A DNA stretch of 43,855 nt from Acidimicrobiaceae bacterium (lineage in GTDB: Bacteria > Actinomycetota > Acidimicrobiia > Acidimicrobiales > Palsa-688). Position 1 is the stretch's first letter. Every line of letters starts with the position of its first letter. The position numbers and the translations under genes are program-made. Positions 43,501 to 43,855 of the stretch are shown piece by piece. Below the pieces are notes generated by a model that saw only the letters and a program-made list of their open reading frames with translations, had not been told where the DNA came from and did no database searches. The stretch covers positions 1 to 43,855 of the forward strand of contig JAUTXM010000392.1 of assembly GCA_030838025.1 (NCBI GenBank), given 5' to 3'.

Positions 43501-43855
43501 CGGCTCGACGGGCGCTGCCGTTGCGAGCTCGGTGGGCGACGCCATCTCGGGCGCCACCGGCGACTCGGTCACGCACGCTTCTGCGACCGGCGGGACCAGC
43601 GGCTGGACCCTCGCCAGCCCGACCTCGTCCAACATCGCCTCGACCGGCGATGGCGGCGCCTCCGGAACCACCGGAAGTGCCGCTCAGACATCGCTGGCCT
43701 CGTCGGGTTCCACGGCCGCGGCCGGCCCCGGTGTGACCGGAGGCTCGGGCAGGGCCAGGGCACGCGGGTTTGCGGGATCGGGCTTCTCGGGAGACGGCGG
43801 CTTCTCGGGCGACGCCACCAACACCTCCCTCACTCGTGGCCGGGCGGTCAGCGGC
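37568..43855 (+). CDS. giant Gly/Ser/Thr/Ala-rich tandem-repeat protein, 3'-partial (>2,096 aa), absent from the supplied ORF track
   Basis: My own translation of the + frame with codon starts equal to 2 mod 3. ATG 37568 (alternative TTG 37532, 3 nt after GGGGA) gives MSGLLGVLALAATLSRDPGVTTASTAAPAAAGPSGG.... The frame stays open for all 2,096 codons to base 43855. The minus-strand ORFs listed here are a single frame broken by TGA at 38293, 41410 and 42736. Each of these stops is created by a T-ending codon in the + frame (ggT Cag, gcT Cat, tcT Cag). Confidence 0.72.
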   Translation, partial: MSGLLGVLALAATLSRDPGVTTASTAAPAAAGPSGGTGQATGTGASTTGGTGAGGASGPSGNNSTTSGSAHSGSAAATSTATGGSTGATGAATVSPSVTAGSGGGGAGTATPVSGTTGTASSGTVFSGGVGGGPGGGTGAVAVVVSSGNSGAAVANATGGSSGPASAASVGNATSGASGASVTTSSATGGTSGSAVSSPVSSNTATTGDGGHSGPTGSAAQTSLAATGSTGTSGSAPSGGSGQATAAGSAGSGSSGAGGDSGAATNVSETTGTATSGEADATSEATGGNTGSSGAATNAPANTATSGAGGDAVATPTSGNTGDATSGTVFSGAATHGGGSGAVMVTVISGNSGAATGTANGGSSGPASATSTGNATSGATGSTTTTSSATGGTSGSAVASPVSTNTAGTGDGGASGATGTASQTSIASSGDTGGTGSGPTGGSGKARGTGTATSGDSGAGGFSGDASNGSTTTGTATTGDATGSSTASGGDSGNSGDATNRPVNTATSGPGGIATVISTSGNTGDATSGTVFSGAVTGGGGSGAVLVTVVSGDSGAATGTATGGTSGAATATSTGDAVSGATGDSTTTSSATGGTSGGAVASPVSTNAAGTGNGGASGATGAASQTSNATSGSTGGAGPSGGSGKATARGTSISGDSGTGGDSGAASNGSTTTGTAVSGDASGASTASGGDTGSSGAATNAPGNTATSGTGGDATVVTVSGNTGDATSGAAFSGAVTGGGGSGAVAVNVTSGNSGDATGTANGGSTGAATASSTGNAISGATGSSITHSSATGGTSGSATASPTSSNTAGTGNGGASGTTGSASQTSTATSGNTDPPVGPTGGSGGARADGTALSGFSGDGGFSGAATNDSTTTGTATTGEAEGTAGATGGTTGNSGDATNIPINSAFSGDGGTALVLATSGATGDATSGAAFSGDVHGGGGSGAVAVTVTSGNSGAATGNATGGTSGAATASSTGDAISGATGDSVTTASATGGTSGNAVASPSSSNTAATGDGGASGNTGTASQTSGATSGDTGSPTSGGPTGGSGAARSSGTAISGDSGIGGDSGSALNTSSTTGTATSGDAEATALSSGGTTGNSGAATNVPINTAVSGIGGDATVVPTSGDTGAAASGAAFSGSVTGSGGSGAVAVTVTSGDSGAATGTANGGSSGAATASSSGDAISGATGSVTTTSSATGGTSGSATASPISANTASTGAGGASGTTGSASQTSTATSGNTDPPIGPTGASGVARSSGFAGSGFSGDGGFSGDAVNVSTTLGIAHSGAASAGSVSTGGTSGNSGDALNNPSNTAVSGDGGAATSLATSGSTGDATSGAAFSGDVSGGGGSGAVDVTVTSGTTGDATGEATGGTSGAASASSVGDAISGATGAVLTTSSATGGTSGDAVANPASTNAATTGDGGASGATGSASQTSDATSGDTGDPAGAGATGGSGRARAAGTSISGDSGFGGDSGSATNASDTTGRASTGNAGALAVSLGGDSGSSGSATDVPVNSATSGAGGAADSESATGDSGDATSGAAFSGAVSGSGGSGAVNVSVNSGGGTATSGAAFSGAVSGGGGSGAVNVGVNSGSGPAASGTAFSGAVTGGGGSGAVDVTVTGGPATSGTAFSGAVSGGGGSGAVDVTVANGSGGGSGSASDTANGGSSGAATASSVGDAISGTTGDVTTTSSATGGTSGDATSDPTSSNDASSGNGGDSGSTGTASQTSTATSGTTDPPGGTTGGSGAASADGFAGSGFSGDGGFSGDATNVSRTRGRAKTGDAFGVAVSTGGVSGDSGPATNVPINIAASGAGGAGVSGTGGSSGAATASSIGDAISGATGSSMTTASATGGTSGNATSSPTSSNAASTGAGGDSGNTGTASQTSDAASGDTGGPTTTGATGGSGTARATGTAISGDSGIGGDSGDASNTSLTRGRAVSGDAGAAALAFGGDTGASGAASDTPINIATSGDGGAGGGGNGGSTGAAVASSVGDAISGATGDSVTHASATGGTSGWTLASPTSSNIASTGDGGASGTTGSAAQTSLASSGSTAAAGPGVTGGSGRARARGFAGSGFSGDGGFSGDATNTSLTRGRAVSG
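37919..43855 (+). repeat. coding tandem repeat: 8 units of 600-612 bp, then shorter ~474-480 bp units, running off the window
   Basis: The anchor motif G-x-A-x-SG-x-x-FSG begins at 37919, 38531, 39137, 39737, 40340, 40949, 41552 and 42161. An exact 36-nt repeat aacacctccctcactcgtggccgggcggtcagcggc occurs at 43346..43381 and 43820..43855. Confidence 0.9.

Noticed and set aside
37501-43671. Listed minus-strand ORFs 37501..38256, 38293..41397 (1034 aa), 41410..42729 and 42736..43671, encoding P/E/V/A-rich repeats
   Set aside because: All four lie in one frame (low coordinate = 1 mod 3) interrupted by TGA codons. That frame shares third-codon positions with the uninterrupted + frame, which is the classic high-GC shadow-frame situation. 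The interrupting stops arise from T-ending codons in the + frame. There is no signal peptide or start context.
37962-43736. Listed + strand Pro/Arg/Ala-rich ORFs (37962..39599, 39831..40418, 40434..41135, 41214..41624, 41646..42419, 42456..43013, 43230..43736)
   Set aside because: This is a different + frame that is broken many times. The Arg/Pro-rich composition is what an out-of-frame reading of GC-rich G/S/T/A codons produces.
37919-43855. Could the long regular repeat array be a CRISPR array or a non-coding satellite?
   Set aside because: The period is about 600 bp (not 28-37 bp repeats with unique spacers). Units are diverged copies of each other with length changes in multiples of 3, and one frame stays open throughout, so this is a coding tandem repeat.

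Overview
This is a visibly high-G+C window with an actinobacterial gene set (CrgA-like protein, PP2C plus Hanks kinases, HisN-like phosphatase, Rv0338c-like Fe-S reductase). It falls into three parts. (1) Bases 1 to about 21.3 kb hold a Wzx/Wzy-dependent surface-polysaccharide locus. It encodes an initiating sugar-phosphate transferase, three GT4 glycosyltransferases, a Wzx-like flippase, a Wzy/O-antigen-ligase-like polymerase and a fused Wzz/BY-tyrosine-kinase. It also encodes two SDR epimerases/dehydratases (one UDP-glucuronate-4-epimerase-like), five sulfotransferase genes and three paralogous secreted beta-helix (pectate-lyase-superfamily) proteins. The locus ends at a tRNA-Gly(CCC). (2) From 21.5 to 37.5 kb lie housekeeping-type genes: a methyltransferase, a lipoprotein, MscS, an IMPase/HisN-like gene, a membrane Fe-S reductase, a wHTH regulator and an APC permease. 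This block also holds a CrgA-like gene, an overlapping PP2C-kinase-kinase-glutamine-synthetase-like operon, and a type-B carboxylesterase with an odd nucleophile elbow and a long Pro/Ala tail. (3) From 37,568 to the last base of the window runs one uninterrupted + strand frame of 2,096 codons that the supplied ORF track does not list, probably because no stop is reached. It encodes a Gly/Ser/Thr/Ala-rich protein with almost no aromatic residues, built from tandem units of about 200 aa (600-612 bp). The long minus-strand and Pro/Arg-rich + strand ORFs listed there look like shadow frames. I consider this giant repeat protein and the multi-sulfotransferase EPS locus the two most interesting items. 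I recognised no CRISPR array, transposase, integrase or rRNA. All calls rest on reading the sequence and remembered family motifs; no searches were run.
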